Below, one piece after another: positions 47,141-57,391 of a stretch of 64,000 nucleotides of DNA. How positions within the stretch are numbered: position 1 is the stretch's first letter; each line of letters opens with the position of its first letter. Location of the stretch: positions 32,001 through 96,000 of the IMG/VR virus record IMGVR_UViG_3300037245_000888; one strand, 5' to 3'. The notes below the pieces were generated by a model. It was not told the DNA's origin and ran no database searches. It saw only the letters and a list, made by a program, of their open reading frames with translations. A program made the position numbers and the translations under genes. The DNA is from a virus.

Positions 47141-48293
47141 TTGAGATTACCTCCTTTATTACTTTTTCTAGGTCTGGGATATCATAAAAACATTCAGTAT
47201 ATCCAGCAAATTTTATTTTTGGTGTTGACTTAAAATCGTTGTACGCTCTTAGCAAGTGACGTTCTAGATCCCACATTAAAGCTCCATTCTGAGATTCAAT
47301 AATCCTTACTTCTTTATAAAAATATGGCAAACTTTTAGTTTTTATTTTATTGCTATGATATCTTGCTTTTATTGTAGTATGAGTTTTACCTATTTTATAA
47401 AAGGTTTCTCCAGTCAACTCATCATAACATTTTATTATATAAACTTTAAATGTTTTGCTTTCATTAGATTTTTCTTTTCCTCTTATCCATTTTGTTTTTG
47501 TCCACCCTGTATTTTCCAGTGCACATCTAGGGCATCCATATCCGCTGTATAAATCTTGGTAAGTAGGATTCCATTCATGTCCGCATATGTCACATTCACA
47601 ATCTAGTTTAGAGTAGGCGTTGATATATTCTTTTGATTTTATTATTATTGTAGGAGATGTTTTATAAATAGTGTCTTTAACTTCTTTTAGTGTAAGATTC
47701 AATGTTCCAGCACACTTTCTGCACCCGTGCCCAGCTTTTAATGAACGGGCTACAGTCACCCAAACATGTCCATCAATTAGACATTTTACTTCAAACCCAT
47801 TTCTACCATCAGTGGTTCTTGCTACCCTTAAAATTTCAATACCATTGTTAATTAATAGCATATCTCGCCTAATGTCATCTATGTTTACTGGTAGATTTCC
47901 AGCGCAACTCGGACAGCCGGCACCAGATTTTAACGTATCCCATATTGGATTCCAATCATAATTACATATTAAGCACGTGCAATCCAATGGCTTATCTGAA
48001 CCCATGTATTCTTTTGAGTTTATTTTGATAGTTGAGCTTATATTTTTTAATTCTTCTTTTATTCCTTTTAACGTTCTTCTAGCATTTAATCCACCTTGTT
48101 TTTGTCCACACAATTGACATCCAGCCCCTTGTTGAAACCTATTCCATCTTTGCTTAAATGGCTTATTGCATATTTTACAAAAACAATCTAGATCTTTTAT
48201 CGCTCCAATATATTCTTTAGACAAAACAGATACACTTGGAAAATGTATAGCAAGATATGCCACTATTTCTTCTAAAGTTTTCTTTCTCGCCAT
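47133..48293 (-). CDS. Free-standing GIY-YIG-like homing endonuclease with four zinc-ribbon repeats
   Basis: Four ~65-aa repeats C..C/H...GC..C, then VYIIKC..FYKIGKT..RY..GYTECF. Confidence 0.75.
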   Translation of the reverse strand: MARKKTLEEIVAYLAIHFPSVSVLSKEYIGAIKDLDCFCKICNKPFKQRWNRFQQGAGCQLCGQKQGGLNARRTLKGIKEELKNISSTIKINSKEYMGSDKPLDCTCLICNYDWNPIWDTLKSGAGCPSCAGNLPVNIDDIRRDMLLINNGIEILRVARTTDGRNGFEVKCLIDGHVWVTVARSLKAGHGCRKCAGTLNLTLKEVKDTIYKTSPTIIIKSKEYINAYSKLDCECDICGHEWNPTYQDLYSGYGCPRCALENTGWTKTKWIRGKEKSNESKTFKVYIIKCYDELTGETFYKIGKTHTTIKARYHSNKIKTKSLPYFYKEVRIIESQNGALMWDLERHLLRAYNDFKSTPKIKFAGYTECFYDIPDLEKVIKEVISND

Positions 48294-48302
48294 ACACTCC
48301 TC

Positions 48303-49169
48303 CTATATTTCATTTATTTCTCTCCACTCAAAATTAATAATCCAAACACTTGAATTACCATTAATGTTTCCATTCTTTTTAGTAAGAGATACATTTGATG
48401 TTATTACACGGTACATATACCCATTCGTAAATTTAAGTATCTTTTCTTCTCCATTTAATAAGAAGGCTTCAAATTGTTTCATATATTGGAAGTCTTGTTC
48501 AAACTCCAACTCTGTAACAGAATTAGAATTAGCAATGAACCCCATTGATCCAACGTGCACTTCTTTTTCACCGATTAAAGCTGTTTGGAATTTTGACCTA
48601 ACATCATTAAAAGTAATATCTTGTTCAATATTTGTTTCTGATAATCTTAAATCTAAGCAGAAAGAATATCCATTTTCAGACTTATCATCGAGCAGAATTA
48701 TTTTGTTAAATTGTGTTAAAACTTCATTACTCTCCATCGGCTGGCCTAAAAAATCGCCAGTTTTAGGGATGAACTGAAAAACATATTGACTATTGCTGTT
48801 TGCAAGTCTGTCTATATATTCTAAATCAATTGCTTCTAATTCATCTACCTTAGTAAATTTAGCATCATTTATTTCTTTTCTTAAAACAATCCAGCCATCT
48901 ATTGGGGCTGGTAGGCTAGTAACATTCCCACCTTGTAAATTATTATTAAATTGAGCTAGCAAAAATGTTAAAACTCCATACTCTCTTATTTCTGTAAAAC
49001 TCAAATCATCTATTTGTTGTTGCGTCATTATTTCATGTGTACCTTCTAAATCATCAAAAATAGCATTTCCGAATAGTTTGATGTTAGTATAAATACCAGC
49101 GATCGGAGTCTGCGGTATTGCTTGAAAAACATTGTTAAAATTGAAATTTGAAAGATTAAAAATTGCCAA
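48303..49169 (-). CDS. Distal tail (Dit-like) protein
   Basis: FLLNGEEKILKF.NG..Y.V and INFEWREI C-terminus; synteny after the tape measure gene. Confidence 0.55.
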   Translation of the reverse strand: MAIFNLSNFNFNNVFQAIPQTPIAGIYTNIKLFGNAIFDDLEGTHEIMTQQQIDDLSFTEIREYGVLTFLLAQFNNNLQGGNVTSLPAPIDGWIVLRKEINDAKFTKVDELEAIDLEYIDRLANSNSQYVFQFIPKTGDFLGQPMESNEVLTQFNKIILLDDKSENGYSFCLDLRLSETNIEQDITFNDVRSKFQTALIGEKEVHVGSMGFIANSNSVTELEFEQDFQYMKQFEAFLLNGEEKILKFTNGYMYRVITSNVSLTKKNGNINGNSSVWIINFEWREINEI

Positions 49170-49184
49170 AATACATACTCCTTT

Positions 49185-50228
49185 CTAAATCGCTTGATAT
49201 ACTACTTCTACTTTTGTAGGTAGTAACACTATATAAAATACCCTATCTGTTAAACTTATTGGTACACCATAATTTGTAATTCCATTAATCGTCCATCCAA
49301 ATCTTCCAGACACATAAAAAACTTCGTAGTCTCCATCATCCAACTGAACAATCTTACCTTCAAATAAATCACTATCAGGTTGCCATTTTACTTTTATAGT
49401 ATCTGTTGTTAATATATCTACATCGAAACTTACATAACTTAAACTATCATCTATACTTAAAGCAGTATTTCCAACATAAATAAAATCATTTACATAACTT
49501 ATACTCCCACTACTTGTACCAATAATCTGTACGACTTCTGGTCTAGTAACAGTAATTAAACTTGTATTATTATCTACAACTGCTTCTGGAACCAAATCAA
49601 TATCTGGTTCAGCATATGCAACGTTAAATGCAACGAGTCCACTATCGAAGGTACTTCCACCTGTGGTTGTTCCAAATACTCTAATTTGTAAACTATCACC
49701 ATTGGTAAATCCTTCAAATGTATATTTAATATTAAAATTAGTAACTAATCCACTATCTTCAATTAATTCACTCAAAGCATCATATAATTCAAAAGTATAA
49801 TTATTTACTATATCTCCTTCAGCTTGAGCTACTGTTGCAGTAAACTCATATGATTGAGTTGTTATTGTTGCTGGAGGATTAAATGTTAATACAGGAGTTG
49901 TCTTAGCTGAAAATTGAAATTCTCTAGTTGTGACTTCTTCTGCTGTATTCCATACTGTCATTTTCCATTTGTAGCTATCTATTCCAGTGTTTGGTATTGT
50001 ACCACCAATTAGCTCATGAATAAGTAACTCCCCATCGGCTAAGTTTGGTGATAAAGGTAATTTAGTTGTATCATGCATTGGTGTATTATCTGATACCTTG
50101 AAAAATTCAATCTGGTAATCAGTAAACTTAACACCATCCATAGTAGCTGTTATATCTTGATTTAAATTTAAATCTCTAACCTCATTACGAGGTGAGGGAT
50201 TTTGTGGCGTAAATATTGTTGAGGGCAT
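49185..50228 (-). CDS. Minor tail protein (Ig/FN3-like beta domains)
   Basis: P.N.SP, YKWKMTVWN, beta-rich; directly after the tape measure gene. Confidence 0.55.
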   Translation of the reverse strand: MPSTIFTPQNPSPRNEVRDLNLNQDITATMDGVKFTDYQIEFFKVSDNTPMHDTTKLPLSPNLADGELLIHELIGGTIPNTGIDSYKWKMTVWNTAEEVTTREFQFSAKTTPVLTFNPPATITTQSYEFTATVAQAEGDIVNNYTFELYDALSELIEDSGLVTNFNIKYTFEGFTNGDSLQIRVFGTTTGGSTFDSGLVAFNVAYAEPDIDLVPEAVVDNNTSLITVTRPEVVQIIGTSSGSISYVNDFIYVGNTALSIDDSLSYVSFDVDILTTDTIKVKWQPDSDLFEGKIVQLDDGDYEVFYVSGRFGWTINGITNYGVPISLTDRVFYIVLLPTKVEVVYQAI

Positions 50229-50241
50229 CTAACCTCACCTC

Positions 50242-53200
50242 CTAAAATTGTTGTAATTTAGATTGACCAGTTGCATTATCTATTAGTCTTTCTAATGAGT
50301 CTTCGTTAGTTTGTACATTCATTGTATTAACTGTTGTTGTGCTTGTTGTAGTATCTCCACTACCTCCAACAGTTGCTCTATCTCCAATAGTAGTTGATGA
50401 TTCAGTTGAACCACTTCTAATCGGAATAATTGGTTGGAATGTATTTCTTTGAATAGATTCTTCAACAGCTTTTATCTGATCTTCAAGAACTTCTACTTCT
50501 GCTTTCTGCACATTTAAAGTAGCTATCTTAGAATTGTAATCAGAAATAAATCCATCTAAATTTGTAAGTCTACTTGTGTAAGATGTACTCTCAACTGTTT
50601 CCAATGTATCATTCAAAGTAGTTACTGATTCAATTGTGATAATATCCCCAGCTTCTATCTTTTCAGATATATCATTTTGGAATGACTCTAATTCGCCAAC
50701 TCTAGTATTATAAGATTCCTCTTCTATTCTAGCAGTTTCATTTAAAGCATCAATATCATTTTGTAGTTTGTCTTCTGCTGCTTGCATTGCTTGATCATTT
50801 CTAAAATCTAATATAACCTTTTCAGAATCAGCTATGTCTTTGTTTACGTCTTTTAATGCGTCAGTATCAACTACTTGAACGAATCCAACTTCAGCATCTT
50901 TAACTAGTCTTTTGTTCTTGTTTGCTAATATATTAGATCTACGATCTTTAAGGTCTTGTAAATCAGATAATAAATCTTCTAATTTTACTTTATCTTTTAA
51001 TGCATCATTGGCTTCTTTAAGAGCCTCTAGTTCAGCTTCTTTATCTCTTATAGCTGCGTCAGATGCTTTCTTAGTTGCTTTAAAGTTTTCTTCTTCTAAG
51101 TCAATTTTATCCTGTATAACACCATTAAGTATTTCACCTAATTTAATTAACTCTTCCTCAGATTGCTCTACACCTAAATTAAGTCCATCTTTAACTATTT
51201 GATTAGTAGCATCAACTAAACCGAAAATACTATTTGTTGTGTCTTCAATAGCTAAACTTAATCTGAAAGCTTCATCTATATAGGCATCATACTCTTTAGT
51301 TCCGGCTACAAGGGACTTAGCTTCTTCATCTAATGCTAACTGTTGTTCAAGCAATAAGTCTCTTTGTTGAGCGTATAACGTGGTTAAACGACCATTTATA
51401 GCAATCCTATTATCCAAGTCAGTTGTTCTACTTAATAGTTTGTTTTGCTGATCAATTGCGAATTTGTTCTTATTTAATGAAAGTGTTAACTTGTCAACAG
51501 CTTCATATTCTTCCTTAGTTTTCTTCTCACGAGATTTCTTAATAGATTCTTCACGAGCTTTATCAACAGACTCTATTTGCCTTCTTTCATTTGCTAATAA
51601 TACTAAATTGTTCTCAGCGTCTTTTATAGCTTTATTGGCCTGAGTAAGTAGAGTATTTTCACCTTGACCTTCACTTAAGAAGTCAATAGCTTTTCTAGAA
51701 GCAATAATTACTTTAGCTGTATTAATTTCAGCTTGAGCTAAGGTTTCTAATCTCTCTATTTCTTTCAGAGTATTTAATCTATTTTTTTCAACATATTCAG
51801 TGAATGCATCTTTAGCTAATCCAGTTTGTATAATTGAAGCACCATAAGTTTCTATGAGAGCATCTAACATATCATCTGTTAAGAATCCATCTATTGTTAA
51901 TTGTTCTAATGCATCAGATAAATTTTCATATTCCTCAGATGAATCAAGAGCACGCCTAACATCATTTAATGCTTGTTCTTGTTTTGTTAATGCAAATGTT
52001 TGAGCTTCTATGTCTTCAGTTGTTTTTAATAATGCAAATCCATAACCTTGAGTATATTCTTTTTCAATTGCAATCAAGGCTTCTTCTATGATTAATAGAC
52101 TTGCTTCATTGTCTTTATATAAAGCTGTTCCTTCTTGAAGGATATCAAGAGATTTTAATAACTCTAATTGATAACTTTTTAATGCTGTCTCTTGTTCTTT
52201 TAATGCTTCTTCATTATCCTTTAAACCTTTTATTCTTTTGTTATCTTCTGTTGATCCAGTAAAGAATAAATCTTGATGAAGTGTTATATTTTCTTCAATA
52301 GCATCTCTAATTCTTTCATAAGATTCAGCTATTTTATCATTACGATCACTAGAAGCATTCTCCTCTTCAATTCTCAAGAGTTCTTTTTCAGCTTCTATTG
52401 TCTTTAATAAAATTTGTAATCTATTTTCTTGTGCTTTAGTTCTTTCTTTGATTCCTCTTAAATCTAATAATTCACTATTCATAGATTTAATATTGTCTCT
52501 AAGTTCAGCAATTTTTATAGCTGACTCTTCTGATGAATCTCCAAATAACTTAACCCCTTGACTGATAGCAGCAATAGTTAATGCTATACCAGCGAATATT
52601 GGATTTAAACCAAATGCAGCAATACTTAATGCAGTAACTAATCCAATAGCTATTGGTAATTTATTGATTAAGAATGTTAATCCAACAACAAATCCTTTTA
52701 ATGCATCAACAATACCTTTAACTGCAACACTACTACTAAGAGCAGTAAGTAATTGTCCCCATGCTTCTTTAAGTTGATTTGTTTTGCCTTTTAAACTATC
52801 TAAAAACTTTTCATTAGCTTCAGCAACTTCACCTGTACTATTTAATGCATCTTTCAATGCAGATTCAGCAACATCAAAGTTTTCAAGTAAACCAATTAAA
52901 ATATTCTTTTGTCGTTTACCCGCTAATTTTTCAAGTAATGATTCTCTTGTTAATTCATCTAAACCTTTATATATATCTGAGAAGTCTTGGAACACATCAA
53001 ATATATTTCTGAATGATCCATCTGCTTCTTGTATTTCAATTCCAACTCTAGCAAAGTCATCAGCTAATGAAGGTAATAGTTCACCAGCATCAGTAACTCC
53101 TCTTAATCGAGAGGCTATTGTTTTAAGAGCCGTACCAACTTTGGCAGGATCTTGGATTGATTCATTTGCAGAAGCTATTAATGCAGCAGATTGTTCTAAT

Positions 53201-53925
53201 GATGCACCAGCAGTATTTAATGTATTTGCTGATCTTAAGAATGCTTCACCAATACCTTCAAGATTGATTGCAGTAGTATTTGCTACTCTGAATAATACAT
53301 CTAAAATTCTAGCTGAGTCTTCTGCTTCAAGTCGAAATGACTTCAGACCTGCGACTAGGAAAGTCGTAATCTTAGATAAGTCAGTCATACCAACGTTTGC
53401 AGCGGCTATGGCATTACCAGCTAGTGTCATTGATTCCTGTATTGAGAAACCAGCTCTTGTAAACTCTGTAACGGCATCAATAACATCTTTCTTTAATGCT
53501 CCGAGTCCTAATGACATTTCATTTATTTGTGAATTTACAACTGCTAATTCTGTGGCTGTTGCCTTAGATACAATTGCAAAGTTTGTAAAAGCTATATCTA
53601 GTTCGAACATTAATCCTAATGCTGATCTTATGGTTTTAGCTAAAGTAGCAATTACTAATGAAGCAACTCCAAGAGTCAACATTGATTTTATATTCTTTTT
53701 AAAGCTATTTGTTAATTGATTAAATAAACCAATTTGTTTTTTAGTTTGTTTGTTCGATGTTGCTTGTCCTTTGTTAAATTTACCCTGTGTTTTAGTTTGC
53801 CTATCTATACTTTCTTTAAAGCTTTTCTCATAGCCCTTCTGCAGAGCGACTGCCTCTTTCTGACTTTTCCGTTGGTCATAAACTACAGCCACTTTTAAAA
53901 CGAGTTTATTAACTTTTGCTGCCAT
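50242..53925 (-). CDS. Tail tape measure protein (TP901 family)
   Basis: PhageMin_Tail core (EFTRAGFS, VGTALKTIASRL, LAGKRQKN), central TM segments and long coiled coils. Confidence 0.9.
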   Translation of the reverse strand: MAAKVNKLVLKVAVVYDQRKSQKEAVALQKGYEKSFKESIDRQTKTQGKFNKGQATSNKQTKKQIGLFNQLTNSFKKNIKSMLTLGVASLVIATLAKTIRSALGLMFELDIAFTNFAIVSKATATELAVVNSQINEMSLGLGALKKDVIDAVTEFTRAGFSIQESMTLAGNAIAAANVGMTDLSKITTFLVAGLKSFRLEAEDSARILDVLFRVANTTAINLEGIGEAFLRSANTLNTAGASLEQSAALIASANESIQDPAKVGTALKTIASRLRGVTDAGELLPSLADDFARVGIEIQEADGSFRNIFDVFQDFSDIYKGLDELTRESLLEKLAGKRQKNILIGLLENFDVAESALKDALNSTGEVAEANEKFLDSLKGKTNQLKEAWGQLLTALSSSVAVKGIVDALKGFVVGLTFLINKLPIAIGLVTALSIAAFGLNPIFAGIALTIAAISQGVKLFGDSSEESAIKIAELRDNIKSMNSELLDLRGIKERTKAQENRLQILLKTIEAEKELLRIEEENASSDRNDKIAESYERIRDAIEENITLHQDLFFTGSTEDNKRIKGLKDNEEALKEQETALKSYQLELLKSLDILQEGTALYKDNEASLLIIEEALIAIEKEYTQGYGFALLKTTEDIEAQTFALTKQEQALNDVRRALDSSEEYENLSDALEQLTIDGFLTDDMLDALIETYGASIIQTGLAKDAFTEYVEKNRLNTLKEIERLETLAQAEINTAKVIIASRKAIDFLSEGQGENTLLTQANKAIKDAENNLVLLANERRQIESVDKAREESIKKSREKKTKEEYEAVDKLTLSLNKNKFAIDQQNKLLSRTTDLDNRIAINGRLTTLYAQQRDLLLEQQLALDEEAKSLVAGTKEYDAYIDEAFRLSLAIEDTTNSIFGLVDATNQIVKDGLNLGVEQSEEELIKLGEILNGVIQDKIDLEEENFKATKKASDAAIRDKEAELEALKEANDALKDKVKLEDLLSDLQDLKDRRSNILANKNKRLVKDAEVGFVQVVDTDALKDVNKDIADSEKVILDFRNDQAMQAAEDKLQNDIDALNETARIEEESYNTRVGELESFQNDISEKIEAGDIITIESVTTLNDTLETVESTSYTSRLTNLDGFISDYNSKIATLNVQKAEVEVLEDQIKAVEESIQRNTFQPIIPIRSGSTESSTTIGDRATVGGSGDTTTSTTTVNTMNVQTNEDSLERLIDNATGQSKLQQF

Positions 53926-53951
53926 CGATTGTCACTTCCTTTCTATTTTAA

Positions 53952-54437
53952 TTACGAACGAAGTCTAGAAATGACGTATCCAAGACTTTTTAGTTTATTA
54001 GTTATTCTCTTTTTAAGTGTATTATTTTTCGTAAGATCATTCTGAGCTTTTTCTATAAAATCTCTTGCCTCATAAGTAATAGCATTTCCTTTAAAGAATC
54101 CTTCGTGGCCTTGATCTAACAACTCAACAATTTTATCTGTTACATCTTCACTGCCATAATAAGATTCATATTTACCTTTTGGTTTTATTCCAGTCTCTAC
54201 TAGGTTTCCATTTATTCCAAGTTTGGTATCAGTTGCTATTGCAGCGTCTCTAAGACCAAATGTGTTTTCATAAAAGTCATCGTCTCCATTTAATAATGAA
54301 TTTTCATATACTTCCGACTCAACTCTTTCGTTTAGTTTTTCTTTTGATACTATTTTAATAATTGGCACTATCTCTTTGTCTATAGTGACACCTCTTATAT
54401 ATGCATCAAGTTGATTTATTGTTCCAAACTCAGGCAT
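53952..54437 (-). CDS. Putative tail completion/neck protein
   Basis: VESEVYE..YENT.GL..ARDFIEKA pattern; synteny. Confidence 0.5.
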   Translation of the reverse strand: MPEFGTINQLDAYIRGVTIDKEIVPIIKIVSKEKLNERVESEVYENSLLNGDDDFYENTFGLRDAAIATDTKLGINGNLVETGIKPKGKYESYYGSEDVTDKIVELLDQGHEGFFKGNAITYEARDFIEKAQNDLTKNNTLKKRITNKLKSLGYVISRLRS

Positions 54438-54461
54438 TTGAGTCTCCTTTCGTATTATATA

Positions 54462-55028
54462 TTACTCACCTAATAAATTATTCATAACGATTTCTTCTAG
54501 TTGTTTTACATATTTTATTTCACATAAGTCATCAAATACTTCTGTTATAATATCTTCTGTATGTTCAATCATTTTATCCATCTTATCATTACCAATATTC
54601 AATAAATTTGTCTTATCATTACCCATTTTAAATCTAAATTGTGATAATCTAAAATTAGTAATTGCTTCTAACATTTCTGTAAATTCAATTCTAAATTCAT
54701 CAGATGAGAAGTCAGGTGTAATTACACTAATTTCTTCATCATTGGTTTTAAACTTAACATGTTTATTTACTATCTGAGCTATTTTTAAATATGAAAGATT
54801 ATCTCTATCTAATTCTTTTGTTTCAGAGTCTAATTTCAATTCATACAATTTAATAGTTATATTCTTAATTAATTTTATTTCTTCTCTTACTTCTAAATCT
54901 TTATTCGAAAACATATCTTCAATTACTTCTTTTGCTGCTTCTTTAGTAATTTTACCAAAGTAATAAACAATTGCAATTACAATAATTGATGCCATTGTTA
55001 TTAATATTATCATTAATTCTTTACTCAT
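54462..55028 (-). CDS. Hypothetical protein with an N-terminal membrane anchor
   Basis: MIILITMASIIVIAIVYYF; AAAGGAG RBS. Confidence 0.6.
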   Translation of the reverse strand: MSKELMIILITMASIIVIAIVYYFGKITKEAAKEVIEDMFSNKDLEVREEIKLIKNITIKLYELKLDSETKELDRDNLSYLKIAQIVNKHVKFKTNDEEISVITPDFSSDEFRIEFTEMLEAITNFRLSQFRFKMGNDKTNLLNIGNDKMDKMIEHTEDIITEVFDDLCEIKYVKQLEEIVMNNLLGE

Positions 55029-55091
55029 AATATTCTCCTTTTAATATCTCATTTAATAATCCGTTTAAAATCCATTTGTTAAAAATATAAA

Positions 55092-55128
55092 AATGGGAAG
55101 AAAGATATATAATATCAATCTTCCCATT
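55092..55128 (-). terminator. Intrinsic terminator after the major tail gene
   Basis: AATGGGAAGA/TCTTCCCATT stem followed by a T-rich tract on the - strand. Confidence 0.7.
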
Positions 55129-55153
55129 AATTGTTGGTTATAAATATTATAGA

Positions 55154-55885
55154 TTACGTTTCATCTACAACAATATATCTACCCATTACATTATTTTGTC
55201 CTGTTAATACTGTTACTTTAATTTCTGCGACTGAGTTAGTAGCACCAGCTAAAGCTAATGACAATCCACCATCACCTACAACTTTATCAAATGTAAAGTA
55301 TAATGTAGATAGAATTATATTAGTGTCAGGATCATATGCAATTGTTTCTAATGTAATACCATGTACTTGAGGGATATCAGTATCTTTGAAAGTTAATACA
55401 TCACCTGTAACAGCTTTTTTATACGAAACTACACCTTTAGTACCAGCTAATACTGCTCCACCTGTAACCGTAACTGTACTACCTGCGAAAGTTGCTGGCC
55501 ACATAGTACCCTGAGCATCCTGCACTTCAACCTCATCGTCAACAGGAGTTCCAGTAATTTCTGCTGTTGCATCTGCTGTTGACAATACGAATGTAACATC
55601 CTCATGAGTCCATACGTCTACTGATTGATCTAATTCAAACGCTGTTCCCGATGCACTTTCAATAAAGAAATCATTCCAAAATGCTGGCGTAAGAGTTAAT
55701 TCCATACTTGGATTTGTATACATGATTGCGCTGATGCCCCAACCAATACCACATCTAATTTCTTCTGTGTCAATTGTTTTTTCTAATCCTGCAGTAGCCA
55801 TACAGCCAAAGAATCTTGTAGTTCCGTCTGCAAGATGATAATACACATTTGCTGTGTCTTTTACTAATACTCTAATATTAGGCAT
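55154..55885 (-). CDS. Major tail tube protein
   Basis: Beta-rich acidic 243-aa protein with EEIRCGIG motif, followed by a terminator; SPbeta-like synteny. Confidence 0.7.
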   Translation of the reverse strand: MPNIRVLVKDTANVYYHLADGTTRFFGCMATAGLEKTIDTEEIRCGIGWGISAIMYTNPSMELTLTPAFWNDFFIESASGTAFELDQSVDVWTHEDVTFVLSTADATAEITGTPVDDEVEVQDAQGTMWPATFAGSTVTVTGGAVLAGTKGVVSYKKAVTGDVLTFKDTDIPQVHGITLETIAYDPDTNIILSTLYFTFDKVVGDGGLSLALAGATNSVAEIKVTVLTGQNNVMGRYIVVDET

Positions 55886-55912
55886 TTATTTATTCCTCCA
55901 TCTTTTACATTG

Positions 55913-56782
55913 TTATTTTTTAGGATTACTCTTTATATTTTTCATTCCCGTGGTGTCAAATTCGCCCTTAGAGGTTCTACCTCCATTTAAGAAAGCGTTA
56001 CCCTTTTTAAGCTCATCGACACTACCATACTCCTTGTCTCCACCTTCAGTTACTCTAGAAGATTTAAACCAATCAACTATCTTAACACCATCTTTTGAAT
56101 CAACTGTCTTAAATAAAATAGTTGTATCGTGAGCCTTGTTAAACTCAACTCTTTTAAAAGCCAAATAATATTGTCTAATTGTTAAATTATTAATATCACT
56201 TGGTAGATGTCCTCCACCTTCTTTCGTCATTAGAGTAGTAAATACAGTATCAAATTCTATAACCCCACCAGTTCTTGATGCTATGAAGGGTTTTATCCTA
56301 TTGAACTGTTCTATTCTAGGATTTGGATTCTTTTCATGGTATTGTATATTGTTAAAATCTAGCATCATTCTTCTTAAGTTATCAAATTGTGATTGAGTCA
56401 TTCTCCAAAACATTTTAGCATCGAATCCAATTATAAATTTACTGAATGTTTGGACATATATTGTTCTCAAATTTCCTACATTATTTTTAACACAAGTTAA
56501 GAATGAATTATCTTTAAGAGTTTTAGCCATGTCAGCTCTCTTAACTTTATCATTCATTTCTTTGAGAACCATATTTATAACTTCCCAACCTTGAAGTTTA
56601 AGAAATTCAAACTCCATTGTATACTTAGGATAATCCTTTATTTTTATTGGATTAATAAACCCAAAGTCTGTTTTCAAAGGAAAGCCTGTTATCCATAATT
56701 CAACTTGATAAGGAAGAACAAAGTCTTCAGGCTCTTTTTTGATTTCACCTTTTTTAATTTTAATAGTCTTTTTCAATTCCAT
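55913..56782 (-). CDS. Putative tail assembly chaperone
   Basis: HLPSDINNLTIRQYY resembles the gpT-type chaperone motif; synteny. Confidence 0.45.
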   Translation of the reverse strand: MELKKTIKIKKGEIKKEPEDFVLPYQVELWITGFPLKTDFGFINPIKIKDYPKYTMEFEFLKLQGWEVINMVLKEMNDKVKRADMAKTLKDNSFLTCVKNNVGNLRTIYVQTFSKFIIGFDAKMFWRMTQSQFDNLRRMMLDFNNIQYHEKNPNPRIEQFNRIKPFIASRTGGVIEFDTVFTTLMTKEGGGHLPSDINNLTIRQYYLAFKRVEFNKAHDTTILFKTVDSKDGVKIVDWFKSSRVTEGGDKEYGSVDELKKGNAFLNGGRTSKGEFDTTGMKNIKSNPKK

Positions 56783-56812
56783 TTATATCAATCCTATCAT
56801 TTTGCAATCATA

Positions 56813-57376
56813 TTAACCACTAGTAGTCTTTAAGCTAAGTTGATATCCTTGGTAGTCATTATTAAATAAATGAATAACTCCTCTAGTACCAACATTAGTC
56901 ATTAATCCTATTGATTTGTATACTCTACTATTATTAAAAATTCTATATATTTCATGTCTTAATACATTTATAGTTTGCTTGCCTACTCCATCTAAAATTA
57001 ATGATTTATTATGGCTTATTATTTCCACTCCTAAATTTAATTCATAGTTGTTTAAGGAAGGGACTCCCCATGAAGCATTAAATAATCTTATCTCACTGTG
57101 GGCATCAGCAGATATATCATAATTAAACTTGGCAACTGTTACTTTAGTTATAAGTTTACCGTCTCCGTCAACATTGTTTTGTTTTACCATTGCACGTTTA
57201 TCTGCAGTAGATATCGTGTAAGTTGGATTAATCAATGCATCATTAGATCCATATTTTAATATTTTCCAGAAATCATCACTTGCTACTTCTACTAATATAA
57301 GTAACATTTCATTGATTAAGTCATCAACAAAAGCGAGATCATTTCCACAACTAATTTTCTTGTAACCTGTACTCAT
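56813..57376 (-). CDS. Putative tail terminator protein
   Basis: Synteny; C-terminal YQGYQL. Confidence 0.5.
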   Translation of the reverse strand: MSTGYKKISCGNDLAFVDDLINEMLLILVEVASDDFWKILKYGSNDALINPTYTISTADKRAMVKQNNVDGDGKLITKVTVAKFNYDISADAHSEIRLFNASWGVPSLNNYELNLGVEIISHNKSLILDGVGKQTINVLRHEIYRIFNNSRVYKSIGLMTNVGTRGVIHLFNNDYQGYQLSLKTTSG

Positions 57377-57391
57377 AATCTCACCTTTCTT

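Noticed and set aside
48166-48777. 203-aa + strand ORF
   Set aside because: Antisense to two well-supported - strand genes. The same applies to the other short antisense and alternate-frame ORFs in the track.
52784-53719. 311-aa + strand ORF inside the tape measure gene
   Set aside because: Antisense shadow of an Ala/Leu-rich coding frame, with no RBS or recognisable motif.
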